Shown: one piece after another, positions 49,008 through 58,695 of the stretch | How the letters are laid out: every line of letters begins with the position of its first letter | Numbering within the stretch: the first letter of the stretch is position 1 | Origin: Candidatus Enterousia sp. | Lineage (GTDB): Bacteria > Pseudomonadota > Alphaproteobacteria > Rs-D84 | Direction: 5' to 3' | DNA length: 64,000 bases | NCBI GenBank assembly: GCA_045613925.1 | Contig: JAZLBV010000014.1 | Location: forward strand, 36,155-100,154 | Notes under the pieces: model-generated | Told to the model about the DNA's origin: nothing | The model's input: only the letters and a program-made list of their open reading frames with translations | Databases searched by the model: none | Program-made: the position numbers and the translations under genes

Positions 49008-49946
49008 ATGAAAAAGCAAATCAAGACAACTTTGCCATCAAAAACATTTATGGCCCCGACAACCGTTTTAGGGACCAACGATGATGTCAGTTTGTCTAAA
49101 TATATCGCAGAAATTCAAAAATTTCCTATTTTGACTGCCGAACAAGAATACGAATACGCAACCCAATGGGTTCAAAATCACGATAATATCGCTGCAGAAA
49201 AATTGGTGGCATCGCACCTGCGCTTGGTTGTGTCTGTTGCATATGATTTCAGAAATTATGGCCTGCCCGTGTCTGATTTAATAGCCAGTGGCAATATGGG
49301 GCTGATGCAGGCACTACAAAAATTCGATCCCGAACGTGGATTCAGATTTTCCACATACGCTATGTTTTGGATTAAAGCGGAAATTTATGAAACAATATTA
49401 AATAATTGGTCAATCGTGAAATTGGGAACATCCGCAAATCAAAAGCGTGTATTTTTCAACCTTTCACGTGCCAAACGCGCATTGGGCATAATGGATAACG
49501 CACTTTCGGATACCCAAACAAAACAAATCGCAGAATATCTATCTGTTCCTGAATCTGACGTAGAACACGTTGCAACCCGTATGTCTGCACGCGATGTTTC
49601 TTTGAACGCACCGCTTAACAGTACCGATTCGGATGCCAAGGATATTTTATCAAACCTGGCCGATACAAAAACAGACATAGAATCGGGCATTGAACAATTG
49701 GAATTTAAACGCCGTGGTTATGAATTATTACGTAAACATCTTGCTGCATTACCTGAACGCGACCGCGAAATATTGATTGCACGACGTTTGTCTGACCCAG
49801 TTGCAACATTGGAAACTTTATCACAAAAACACGGCATATCACGTGAACGCATCCGTCAAATAGAAGAACGTGCATACAATAAACTGCGCGATGCAGTATT
49901 AAATGATTCATCAAATACGCCTAAATTAATTGGGGACAAAAAATGA
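49008..49946 (+). CDS. rpoH: RNA polymerase sigma factor RpoH (sigma32)
   Basis: SHLRLVV, KFDPERGFRFSTYA, RpoH-box-like QKRVFFNL, SRERIRQIE. Confidence 0.88.
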   Translation: MKKQIKTTLPSKTFMAPTTVLGTNDDVSLSKYIAEIQKFPILTAEQEYEYATQWVQNHDNIAAEKLVASHLRLVVSVAYDFRNYGLPVSDLIASGNMGLMQALQKFDPERGFRFSTYAMFWIKAEIYETILNNWSIVKLGTSANQKRVFFNLSRAKRALGIMDNALSDTQTKQIAEYLSVPESDVEHVATRMSARDVSLNAPLNSTDSDAKDILSNLADTKTDIESGIEQLEFKRRGYELLRKHLAALPERDREILIARRLSDPVATLETLSQKHGISRERIRQIEERAYNKLRDAVLNDSSNTPKLIGDKK

Positions 49947-50980
49947 AAACAAAACACATATACACATTGTTTTTACTAACAGCAATACCAAATGCATACG
50001 CATTAGACTATTCAATTGACAACTGGCACTTTAAATTAGATGCAGATGGTATGGTCGGTTTTTTAGAACCCAAAGATGATAAAACATTATTCATAGACGA
50101 TTGGGATGTCAAAGCAACAGCAACATATCATTTCAACAACACACAACGCATTGGCGCGGTATATTCCATAGACGCCGATTGCGTAGAAGACGACGAATAC
50201 ATACACGATGCCTTTATTTTATTCGAAGACCGCAATATCGGACGTGCAGAATTCGGACTGACCCACTCTATTGCGCGAAAAATGGGATTGGGATTGCCAG
50301 ACGTTGGATATTTACGCATAAATGATAAATCGATATTTCACAAAGAATTAAAATTAAACAAAGTCCTTATCTCTGATACAGCTGCAACCACAGGCCACGA
50401 ACAATTACGATTAAACCTGGCAACCACATCTACGGATTACGGACAATATGGTGTTTCAGTCTCTGGATTGGGTGATGATTATAATTATGCGGTGGATTTT
50501 GCTGTAAAACTAAAACAACCAACTGGTAAATTAAAGGCAGCTTATTCATTGGGTTTATCATATATGAACAAACCAGAAAATTATACAGAAAACACATATT
50601 CACCAATCGTAACTGCAGATTGGCGTACCCAGGTTGCATTGGGAATTAATCTGCAATACAACAGTTTTATCTGGGGAACATCTGCCCGTATGATTTACGA
50701 CCATAACCCAATACATAAAACCGCAGACGGTTTCGTAGCCGGCACAGGGGTAAGTTATGATTTATTACAATCCAGTATATCTTTGAATTATCTTTTCTCT
50801 GATACAAACGTGTGGAATCATCACGATTATAACGGACAGAAAATAAACAATGGCGATTATATACATACTGTCTTGGCTTCGTTCAGATATAAATACACAG
50901 AACAAACAGGCGTGTTTATGTCATTAGGTCTAACCGATACAACACCATTTTTCGCGGTCGGATTAAAGTCAGGATTTTAA
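49943..50980 (+). CDS. Porin-like outer-membrane protein
   Basis: Signal peptide, GRAEFG motif, amphipathic strands, terminal Phe. Confidence 0.6.
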   Translation: MKTKHIYTLFLLTAIPNAYALDYSIDNWHFKLDADGMVGFLEPKDDKTLFIDDWDVKATATYHFNNTQRIGAVYSIDADCVEDDEYIHDAFILFEDRNIGRAEFGLTHSIARKMGLGLPDVGYLRINDKSIFHKELKLNKVLISDTAATTGHEQLRLNLATTSTDYGQYGVSVSGLGDDYNYAVDFAVKLKQPTGKLKAAYSLGLSYMNKPENYTENTYSPIVTADWRTQVALGINLQYNSFIWGTSARMIYDHNPIHKTADGFVAGTGVSYDLLQSSISLNYLFSDTNVWNHHDYNGQKINNGDYIHTVLASFRYKYTEQTGVFMSLGLTDTTPFFAVGLKSGF

Positions 50981-50982
50981 AT

Positions 50983-53208
50983 TTATTTTTTAATTATCTC
51001 GTTTATTTTTTCATTGATGACACCATTTCCAATGGTATCTTTGATTGTACCAGTTTCAACCGCTTTTTCTCCGTTTATTAAATAATTTCCCCCAATGCCA
51101 ATGACGGCACCGGCACCAGCGGCAATTCCACCACCCTTTACGCGATTCTCAGACTTTTCTTTGTCCGCGGTTATCATTGCTGAATCTGTTTCACTGCCCA
51201 TCTTTGCACGATAAAGCGATGAAAAAGAGCCACCTGTTATTCCAACGTTTTCTTCATCATAAAGCCCCATATTCGCTTTGTCTAAAACAATTTCGCTTTC
51301 TATTCCGGGCTTCATACCTAAGGCTTCTTTTCTTTCTTTTAAATCGGCGGCCAAAGCAAAATATTCATTACGTAATTTCATAATTATTTCATCATTACCC
51401 CCAGGCAATTCAATTGGTTCGTCACCTGCCTTAACAGATTTTCCATCTGCATATGAACATCGCATAGTTTCTATATATGCCGTCATATCACGTTCAGCGG
51501 CGGCGTCTGCACTTTGTTCTGCCAACCCCTGTGCCAGTTCCATACCGCCAATACCCATTGCTGCGACAGTTGCCGCTGTTAACATACGATTTTCCAAAGA
51601 TTGTTCACGTGCTTTGGCTTCTTCGTATTTCTTTTTTAATTCTTCCAATCGTTCAGATTTAACCTGATGTTCAACCAATTTACCCAAAAATGATAGCAAC
51701 CCAGCATCTGATAAATCTGATACATTTGGAATTTGTTCTGCAACAGTGGCATTTAATTCATCAACCTCTGTTTCTAAATTTTCAACAACTTGTTCTATGG
51801 GAACAGGCGGAAATTCAGGAACCAAATCTTCATTATTCCCGGGATTTACAGGTGTCAACCCGGGATCTATGTCTACTGGCACCACAGGTGTTAAGCCTGG
51901 TGTTGCTGATGTTGCCGGGGTCAACCCAGGTTGGCTTGGTTGTTCTGGCGTGGTTTCCACCGGAACATTTTCCACAGGTTTAGGTTCTGTTGGTTTTGTT
52001 TCTTCTGGCTCTGTTGGGACAGAATTTGACTTTGCTACACATTTACCGTATTTAGCACCATCAACCCATTCCCATTGCTTACTTACATCAACACAGGTAC
52101 AGATTCCTTCTTGTTCATCTCCTTTCCACGTTGTTGTATATCCTGCACGACAACACGCCAAACGTTTAACCGACGCCCCCGGGTGTCTTGTTTCACAGGT
52201 GCTTTTTGGTTTTTTTGGTGGCTCCTGCGGTTTTGTATCATCCGGTTGTGGTGTTTGTGGGTCTTGTGGTTTTTGGGGTGTCGTTGGTGCCGGAAATAAT
52301 CTTTTCAAATCAGCCACAGTCCATAAAAACTGACTTGACGCAGTAATATAATCTGTGTTGGTTGCATCACTAAATTCATCGGGACCGTACGCACCATATG
52401 AACAAACACCATACACATTTTTATTATCCAAAGAAACATATCCACCACCTGAATTTCCACACCACGAATCACAAGTAGTTGCTAAAATTTTCGGATGATG
52501 CGAAGATTTCGATAAAGATGTTTGATTATTACACACAGAACTCGTTTTTGGCTCTTTATCATTTGCTAAATCCACACAATCTTCGAAAACGATTTTACAC
52601 TTACTTGCTTTTAATCTATCTTGTTCGTCTCGCAATCCTTCAATCCCACTTTCTTTCATTTTTGATGACAAAATATCAAAATATTCGCGGGCACTGTTGG
52701 CATTAATTGACTTTGATAACTTTTTGATTATTTTTAAATCATTATTGGATAAAATACGAACCCAACCCCACCCTGCATTTAAAACATTTGTACTTTGTTT
52801 TGGTGTTTTAACATTAAAAAAACTATCATTATAATACTTTGGGTCTTGGACTAAAAAAATGGCCCAATCGCCTAAATCTCCTGCAATGCCAGTATATGCA
52901 GTTTTTAATAAATCTACATCTATTAATTCCCCTTTATAATTTTTTATTACATACAATGCCCCGTTTTGTGTGCAATGTCCTGCTGATAAAATTAAATTTG
53001 GTGCAATAAACTGTGAACTACAGTTTCCCAAAACATAATAATCTTGGTCGGCAAGATACAATTCGGCAAACTTTTTATATGGCTCTGTTGCCCACATTTT
53101 TTCTGTTACATAATACCTATTATCAGAATCCCCGACCCCAGCAAATGAATTTGTGCAAAAAATAAAAAATAAACAACACAATAAAAACTTAACAAAAACT
53201 CTCAACAT
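50983..53208 (-). CDS. Secreted trypsin-like serine protease fused to Pro-rich linkers and the shared 183-aa module
   Basis: Catalytic triad motifs SAGHC, GDWAI, GNSGG; signal peptide; start ATG 53208 with GGGGGA RBS (alternative 53220). Confidence 0.85.
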   Translation of the reverse strand: MLRVFVKFLLCCLFFIFCTNSFAGVGDSDNRYYVTEKMWATEPYKKFAELYLADQDYYVLGNCSSQFIAPNLILSAGHCTQNGALYVIKNYKGELIDVDLLKTAYTGIAGDLGDWAIFLVQDPKYYNDSFFNVKTPKQSTNVLNAGWGWVRILSNNDLKIIKKLSKSINANSAREYFDILSSKMKESGIEGLRDEQDRLKASKCKIVFEDCVDLANDKEPKTSSVCNNQTSLSKSSHHPKILATTCDSWCGNSGGGYVSLDNKNVYGVCSYGAYGPDEFSDATNTDYITASSQFLWTVADLKRLFPAPTTPQKPQDPQTPQPDDTKPQEPPKKPKSTCETRHPGASVKRLACCRAGYTTTWKGDEQEGICTCVDVSKQWEWVDGAKYGKCVAKSNSVPTEPEETKPTEPKPVENVPVETTPEQPSQPGLTPATSATPGLTPVVPVDIDPGLTPVNPGNNEDLVPEFPPVPIEQVVENLETEVDELNATVAEQIPNVSDLSDAGLLSFLGKLVEHQVKSERLEELKKKYEEAKAREQSLENRMLTAATVAAMGIGGMELAQGLAEQSADAAAERDMTAYIETMRCSYADGKSVKAGDEPIELPGGNDEIIMKLRNEYFALAADLKERKEALGMKPGIESEIVLDKANMGLYDEENVGITGGSFSSLYRAKMGSETDSAMITADKEKSENRVKGGGIAAGAGAVIGIGGNYLINGEKAVETGTIKDTIGNGVINEKINEIIKK

Positions 53209-53284
53209 TGTTTCCCCCATTTTTTACCGTCTATCTAACCCGTTCCCGACACAGTGGAACCGCGGCTATTTTTGCCGGACCGAC

Positions 53285-53495
53285 AAAAACAAAACCACCA
53301 AAAACTAAGGTGGTTGGAGGTTCGAAACAATTTGACTTGAAAATTGCGTGCTTATTCCATCGAATATATCGACACTATTCACATCCCTCCAACCTATATC
53401 ACAGTTGGAGTATTTTTTCCAATTCGTCATTTCAGACGAACGGCAAGTCAATTCGGGTTTCGACGCCCCCAATCGGAAAAAAACTTCCCGACACC
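53285..53495 (-). promoter_or_regulatory. Structured 5' leader RNA (riboswitch/attenuator-like), copy 2
   Basis: 5' hairpin UCGGGAAG/UUUUCCGA; P1 UUGGGGG-CG-UCGAAAC/GUUUCGA-A-CCUCCAA; P2 UUGACUUG/CAAGUCAA; UUCGUC/GACGAA; CUCCAAC/GUUGGAG; terminator AACCACC/GGUGGUU+U tract. Confidence 0.8.
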
Positions 53496-53499
53496 GTAT

Positions 53500-53529
53500 A
53501 TTGTATCAAAAAATGCGTAATTAAAACAA
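53500..53529 (-). promoter_or_regulatory. sigma70-type promoter for leader copy 2
   Basis: TTGTTT-18 nt-TACAAT with extended -10 TG. Confidence 0.55.
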
Positions 53530-53576
53530 TAAAAAAACACCCATACGGGTGTCAAAAATCCAAAATCCACGAAACA

Positions 53577-54173
53577 CTAAAAGAAACAAGTCAAAGTCGC
53601 AGGTATATTTTTAACCAAGAACCAAAGTGTTCTATAATCTGACAAATATATACCCGCCAACAATATTGCACCAACCATTAAAACAAAAATAACACTGATT
53701 TTTTTACCGTGTAAACAATACACCGCAATATTATAAAGCAAAAACAACATATACAAATCGGTCAGCATACTTATCGCCCAAATAGATTGACAATCAAACG
53801 CCAGCGCATTTAATATCAACGCCATTGGATATACGAAAAATATAGACGCAATACCCTTGACCGCTATTTCCCAATCTCTGTCGCCGGACGTGATTTCAGA
53901 AACCAACATCATCAACCCCGCACAAACAAACAACAACACTACAGCCAACACAGGATATACAATAAATGCCTTGAACAAAGAAAACACACTAAATGGATTT
54001 CCACGACATATATTCAATATCAAAACAACGATGCCACCAATCAAGCCCCACATAAATGCACGCAACATTGCGTCTTCCATTTTTCCATCAACGACAATTT
54101 TGCTGAAAAAATATTTTGGTCTGAAAAAAATATCAGTTAATTTTGCGAACCAATTTCTTTTCTTTGCTTTCAT
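53577..54173 (-). CDS. YIP1 family membrane protein
   Basis: DIFFRPKYFF N-terminal motif plus about 5 TM segments. Confidence 0.7.
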   Translation of the reverse strand: MKAKKRNWFAKLTDIFFRPKYFFSKIVVDGKMEDAMLRAFMWGLIGGIVVLILNICRGNPFSVFSLFKAFIVYPVLAVVLLFVCAGLMMLVSEITSGDRDWEIAVKGIASIFFVYPMALILNALAFDCQSIWAISMLTDLYMLFLLYNIAVYCLHGKKISVIFVLMVGAILLAGIYLSDYRTLWFLVKNIPATLTCFF

Positions 54174-54242
54174 TTTGTTCCCCCATTAATTTGATTATTT
54201 ATATTTTTGCTTTATAATTATAAAAAATCAATGGAAAAAGAT

Positions 54243-55571
54243 ATGAAGAACATAGTTATTGTCGGACGTCCAAATACTGGCAAATCGACACTTTTTAATG
54301 GATTAACAAATTCGCGGGACGCGCTTGTTCACGACCGTCCTGGTGTCACACGTGATACTATTTCTGGGCAAATGCCAAACCGACCATGGATGGTGTTTGA
54401 TACCGCAGGTCTTGAAAATGCAAAAACCGGAATTGGCCACGATTCTACAGATATGGCAATACGCGCAATTGAAAACGCAGATGCAATTTTGTTTGTAGTA
54501 GATGGTCGCGTTGGATTAAATCCTATGGATATCGAATGGGCAAAATTGGTACATCGTAAAACCAAAGCACCCGCCCTGTTATTGATAAACAAAACAGAAT
54601 CTAATAAACGCCTAGCCGACACAAACGATTTTTACAAGCTTGGCTTTGGCGAACCGGTGTTTATATCTGCAGAACACAAACGCGGATTTGATGAAATCTA
54701 TGAATTTGTTGATAAATTATGCACGGTTGAATCTTGTGAAATTGAACCAGATAAAAAAATAAAAATCGCAGTTTTGGGACAACCAAATGTTGGTAAATCA
54801 ACATTTGTAAATCGTGTCCTTGGTGAAAATCGCCAAATTGTAAAGGACGAACCCGGAATCACACGCGATACTGTAAAAATCTCAACACATTTCTACGGTC
54901 GTGATATAGTTATAATGGACACTGCTGGTTTGCGGCGCAAAGCGGGCGTGACGGACGATGTAGAAACATTGTCTGCATTAAAATCATTAGATGCAATTGA
55001 AAAATCTGACATAGTAATTTTAATAGTTGATGCCACCAAAAATATTGAAAACCAGGCGTTATCTATTGCAGCCCGCGTTTATGATGCCGGCAAAATATTG
55101 TGTGTCGCGTTGAATAAATGGGATTTGGTTGACCCGATTGAAAGGGATGAAAAATTATTAAAATTGAAACATCAATTTACTAATTCATTTCATCAAATTA
55201 TAAAACCATTGATATTGGCTATATCGGCACAGACCGGCACAGGCGTAAATAATTTATTCAAACGCATATACGAACAATGGGATATATCCGACACAACCAC
55301 TCCAACTAGTTTGATTAACCGCATAATTGAAAAATTGGTTGCAGATCGTCAACCGCCTATGTCGCGATTGAAACGCCCAATGAAATTAAAATTTGCACAC
55401 CAAACGGGTCGTCATCCGATGAAAATTTCAATAAATGTTGGTGGTGCATCTGATATTCCAGAATCTTACACAAGATACCTGCGTCGTGGATTGGCAACCG
55501 CGTTGCATTGGGAACATTTACCAATCATAATAGAATACACCAAATCCGATAACCCGTTTGAACGGGAATAA
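54243..55571 (+). CDS. der: Ribosome biogenesis GTPase Der (EngA)
   Basis: Two G domains: GRPNTGKS/DTAG/NKTE and GQPNVGKS/DTAG/NKWD. Confidence 0.95.
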   Translation: MKNIVIVGRPNTGKSTLFNGLTNSRDALVHDRPGVTRDTISGQMPNRPWMVFDTAGLENAKTGIGHDSTDMAIRAIENADAILFVVDGRVGLNPMDIEWAKLVHRKTKAPALLLINKTESNKRLADTNDFYKLGFGEPVFISAEHKRGFDEIYEFVDKLCTVESCEIEPDKKIKIAVLGQPNVGKSTFVNRVLGENRQIVKDEPGITRDTVKISTHFYGRDIVIMDTAGLRRKAGVTDDVETLSALKSLDAIEKSDIVILIVDATKNIENQALSIAARVYDAGKILCVALNKWDLVDPIERDEKLLKLKHQFTNSFHQIIKPLILAISAQTGTGVNNLFKRIYEQWDISDTTTPTSLINRIIEKLVADRQPPMSRLKRPMKLKFAHQTGRHPMKISINVGGASDIPESYTRYLRRGLATALHWEHLPIIIEYTKSDNPFERE

Positions 55572-55597
55572 AAAAAACCGCCTATACGGCGGTTTTT
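55570..55597. terminator. Bidirectional terminator
   Basis: AAAAACCGCC/GGCGGTTTTT. Confidence 0.8.
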
Positions 55598-56374
55598 CTA
55601 TTGTAAACACTTTTGCGCAAAATCTATTATCGACCCAAAAAGAACAGCGAAAAAGAAACACACACTGCCCCCGATAACAAATAAATGCCAAACTGCGTGC
55701 GCGAACTTCATTTTACGCCATAAATAAAATATAACCCCGAAGGAATACGACAATCCACCTGCCAAAACAAACCACATTCCACGCGCCGAGATAGTATGTA
55801 TCATCGCTGGCAAAATCCAAACCAACGCCCAGCCCATAACAAGATACAACACCACCATCCATTTCGGCTGTTTGCGCGGACTAAGTATTTTCATAACTGC
55901 ACCGAAAATAACAATCGCCCATAAAATACCGAACATAGTCCACCCCAGCGCACAATGTCCGCACAAATTCAAATTGACCAATAAAAACGGGGTGTATGTT
56001 CCGGCAATCAACGCATAAATCGCGATTGAATCCCAGACTTCAAAAAAACATTCAGTTTTATCGCCAATTGTCACGTGGCACATAGTAGAACCAAAATACA
56101 AAGTGAACATGGTCACACCAAATATAGAACACGCGACAACCGCCCACGGATTATGATGCACAACAGCAAACGCCACCAACAAACAAAGTGCAGCAATCGC
56201 CAACCCGATACCAATACCGTGCGTTAAAATATTCAAAACTTCTTCAGACTTTGTTGCATGACGTTCCCAACGAAATAAACCAGTGGCCTGTAATACACGC
56301 AAAAGCCCACTTGCACGCTTATCACGTTTCACTGCACGTAATTTCTGCTTTACGATTTTTTTACTTTTAACCAT
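55598..56374 (-). CDS. Hemolysin III / PAQR family membrane protein
   Basis: EEVLNILTHG, IAGTYTP, HAVWHLFV. Confidence 0.92.
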   Translation of the reverse strand: MVKSKKIVKQKLRAVKRDKRASGLLRVLQATGLFRWERHATKSEEVLNILTHGIGIGLAIAALCLLVAFAVVHHNPWAVVACSIFGVTMFTLYFGSTMCHVTIGDKTECFFEVWDSIAIYALIAGTYTPFLLVNLNLCGHCALGWTMFGILWAIVIFGAVMKILSPRKQPKWMVVLYLVMGWALVWILPAMIHTISARGMWFVLAGGLSYSFGVIFYLWRKMKFAHAVWHLFVIGGSVCFFFAVLFGSIIDFAQKCLQ

Positions 56375-56400
56375 TTTCTCCTTCCTTTCTTATATCAATC

Positions 56401-57975
56401 CTATAAAATCATCCCTATTCTGTCTGCGACACGTTGTTCGCCCAACACAGACATTAATGAATATAGATCTGGTGTATTTGTTCGTCCAGTCATCGCAACA
56501 CGCAAATTCATCGCAACGTCCCCCGGTTTAACACCACATTTTTCTGCCACAGCGACAATCTTGTTCCACCAAGTATCTTTGTCATCTGCCGCATCATATG
56601 TCGCCACAAATTCACGTAAAACATCTTTGTTATATTCGTATTCTTTGTTTGCTGCGAACAAGAAATCCCAGAAATACGCAACCTCGCCCAATGTTTGTCG
56701 CCACGTAATAAAATCTTTGCGAATACGTTTTGGATTATCACGTTCTATAGATAACACACGCGTTAAATAATCAACGTCCGAAACCTGTTTTTTGTGGGTT
56801 TCATCGCCATATTCATTTGCCCAATCAACAACAGATTTCACCAACACATCAACCGGCAAAGTCGCAATATATTCTTTGGCCCACCACTCTAATTTTTTCA
56901 TATCAAACAACGCGCCAGACATAGGTATCTTTTTCGGTTTCATCTCATAATCCCAAAAAGATTTTACAGAACCTTTTAATTTCGCTTCTTCATAACCAGA
57001 CGCTAAAATATTACCTAAATATTCAATAACAGCTTCCGTTGGCCAACCCGCCTCCATAAAAAACGCGACATTACTTTCTGGATCCTTACGTTTAGACATT
57101 TTGCGCTGTTTCCCGGTTTCTGCATCAATCTTGTCCAATGTAGATGTATGAATATAAAGTGGTGGCGTCCAACCCATTATACGAAATAATTGATAATGCA
57201 ACGGCAAAGACGGCAACCACTCTTCACCACGCACAACATGCGTAGTCCGCATAAAATGGTCATCAACCAAATGCGCAAAATGATATGTCGGCAATCCATC
57301 ATTAGATTTAATCAACACCAAATCTTCATTATTTTCTGGAAAAGATATGGATCCCCGCACAGCATCTTTGCAATAAATTCTTGTTTCTGGATTTCCATTT
57401 GAATACAATCGAATTGTTGGCACTTCACCATTATCAAGATGCGCAATAATTTCAGATTCAGTCAAATCTCTATCGCGCGCAAATTCGCCATAAATTCCCG
57501 TAGCAACCCCAGCAACAGTTTGTTTTTTGCGAATTTCATCCATTTCTTCAGGCTTTAAAAAACACGGATACGCCAGACCACGTTCCAACAAGTACGCAGC
57601 CACAGAACGATATATTTCTTTGCGTTGAGATTGATAATATGGGCCATATTTTTCATCATTATTATATTTAAAACCAAAATTACGCATAGCATTTTTAACA
57701 ACATCTACCGCCCCAGACACCTCACGCTTTGTATCAGTATCTTCAATACGCAACATAAAAACACCACCTGACTGCGATGCCAATTTATAATCAATCAACG
57801 CACCATATAAATTTCCAATATGCATATAACCAGTCGGACTGGGCGCGAAACGGGTCACCATAGCACCATCTTGCAATTCACGTGGCGGAAACATCGCCTC
57901 TAAATCGTCCAAACTATATTTTGGCGCCGCACCCAACACACGAGAAATCAAATCTTTACTTAATCCGTCACGCAT
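56401..57975 (-). CDS. gltX: Glutamate--tRNA ligase
   Basis: RFAPSPTG, HIGN, LRIEDTD, PTYH, KMSKR. Confidence 0.92.
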   Translation of the reverse strand: MRDGLSKDLISRVLGAAPKYSLDDLEAMFPPRELQDGAMVTRFAPSPTGYMHIGNLYGALIDYKLASQSGGVFMLRIEDTDTKREVSGAVDVVKNAMRNFGFKYNNDEKYGPYYQSQRKEIYRSVAAYLLERGLAYPCFLKPEEMDEIRKKQTVAGVATGIYGEFARDRDLTESEIIAHLDNGEVPTIRLYSNGNPETRIYCKDAVRGSISFPENNEDLVLIKSNDGLPTYHFAHLVDDHFMRTTHVVRGEEWLPSLPLHYQLFRIMGWTPPLYIHTSTLDKIDAETGKQRKMSKRKDPESNVAFFMEAGWPTEAVIEYLGNILASGYEEAKLKGSVKSFWDYEMKPKKIPMSGALFDMKKLEWWAKEYIATLPVDVLVKSVVDWANEYGDETHKKQVSDVDYLTRVLSIERDNPKRIRKDFITWRQTLGEVAYFWDFLFAANKEYEYNKDVLREFVATYDAADDKDTWWNKIVAVAEKCGVKPGDVAMNLRVAMTGRTNTPDLYSLMSVLGEQRVADRIGMIL

Positions 57976-58023
57976 TTTTATTTCACCCTTGTTTTTATAA
58001 CAAACTGATTTTATACTAAATAT

Positions 58024-58695
58024 ATGGAAAAACAAGAATTAAAACATTTTGAAAATAACGAATTGCGAACATTTGGCCGCAGACACGGTAAAAAATTATC
58101 GGCACGAAAAACGTGGCTTATGGAAAATCTTTTGCCACAAATCGCACCAAAGCCCGACGAATACAGCGCAAAACCAATAATCCTTGAAATAGGATTCGGC
58201 AACGGTGAACACCTGCGCGATTTAGCAATCAATAATCCAAATTCAATTATAATTGGTGCAGAACCCTTTGCAAACGGTGTTGCCGCCCTGCTTTCTGCAA
58301 TAACAAACGAATCGGATAATGTCTTGATAGATGAATATAAAAACATACGCATTCATCCAGACGATGTGCGTTTGCTATTAAACGACACAAAATTCCAAGA
58401 CATTAAATTTTCACAAATATGGGTTTTACATCCTGACCCCTGGCCAAAGGCACGGCATGAAAAGCGGCGCCTGCTTAATCATAGTTTTTTAAATTTATTA
58501 TCAAAACACTTAACAACGAATGGGCAAATTATAATTGGCACAGACCATTGGGAATATTACGATTGGATTCTTGAACAATTAACACAAACAAAATTAAAGA
58601 TTCAATCTACATCGCTTGATATCATAAAAACAAGATACCAGTTAAAAAACAAGGCTAACACCACAGCACCAAAATATTTGATACTATCAAATTAG
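58024..58695 (+). CDS. trmB: tRNA (guanine-N7)-methyltransferase TrmB
   Basis: LEIGFGNGEH, PDPWPKARHEKRRL, TD. Confidence 0.93.
   Translation: MEKQELKHFENNELRTFGRRHGKKLSARKTWLMENLLPQIAPKPDEYSAKPIILEIGFGNGEHLRDLAINNPNSIIIGAEPFANGVAALLSAITNESDNVLIDEYKNIRIHPDDVRLLLNDTKFQDIKFSQIWVLHPDPWPKARHEKRRLLNHSFLNLLSKHLTTNGQIIIGTDHWEYYDWILEQLTQTKLKIQSTSLDIIKTRYQLKNKANTTAPKYLILSN

Noticed and set aside
53208-53642. 144-aa plus-strand ORF over leader copy 2
   Set aside because: No RBS or motif, antisense to the structured leader, and no counterpart at copy 1
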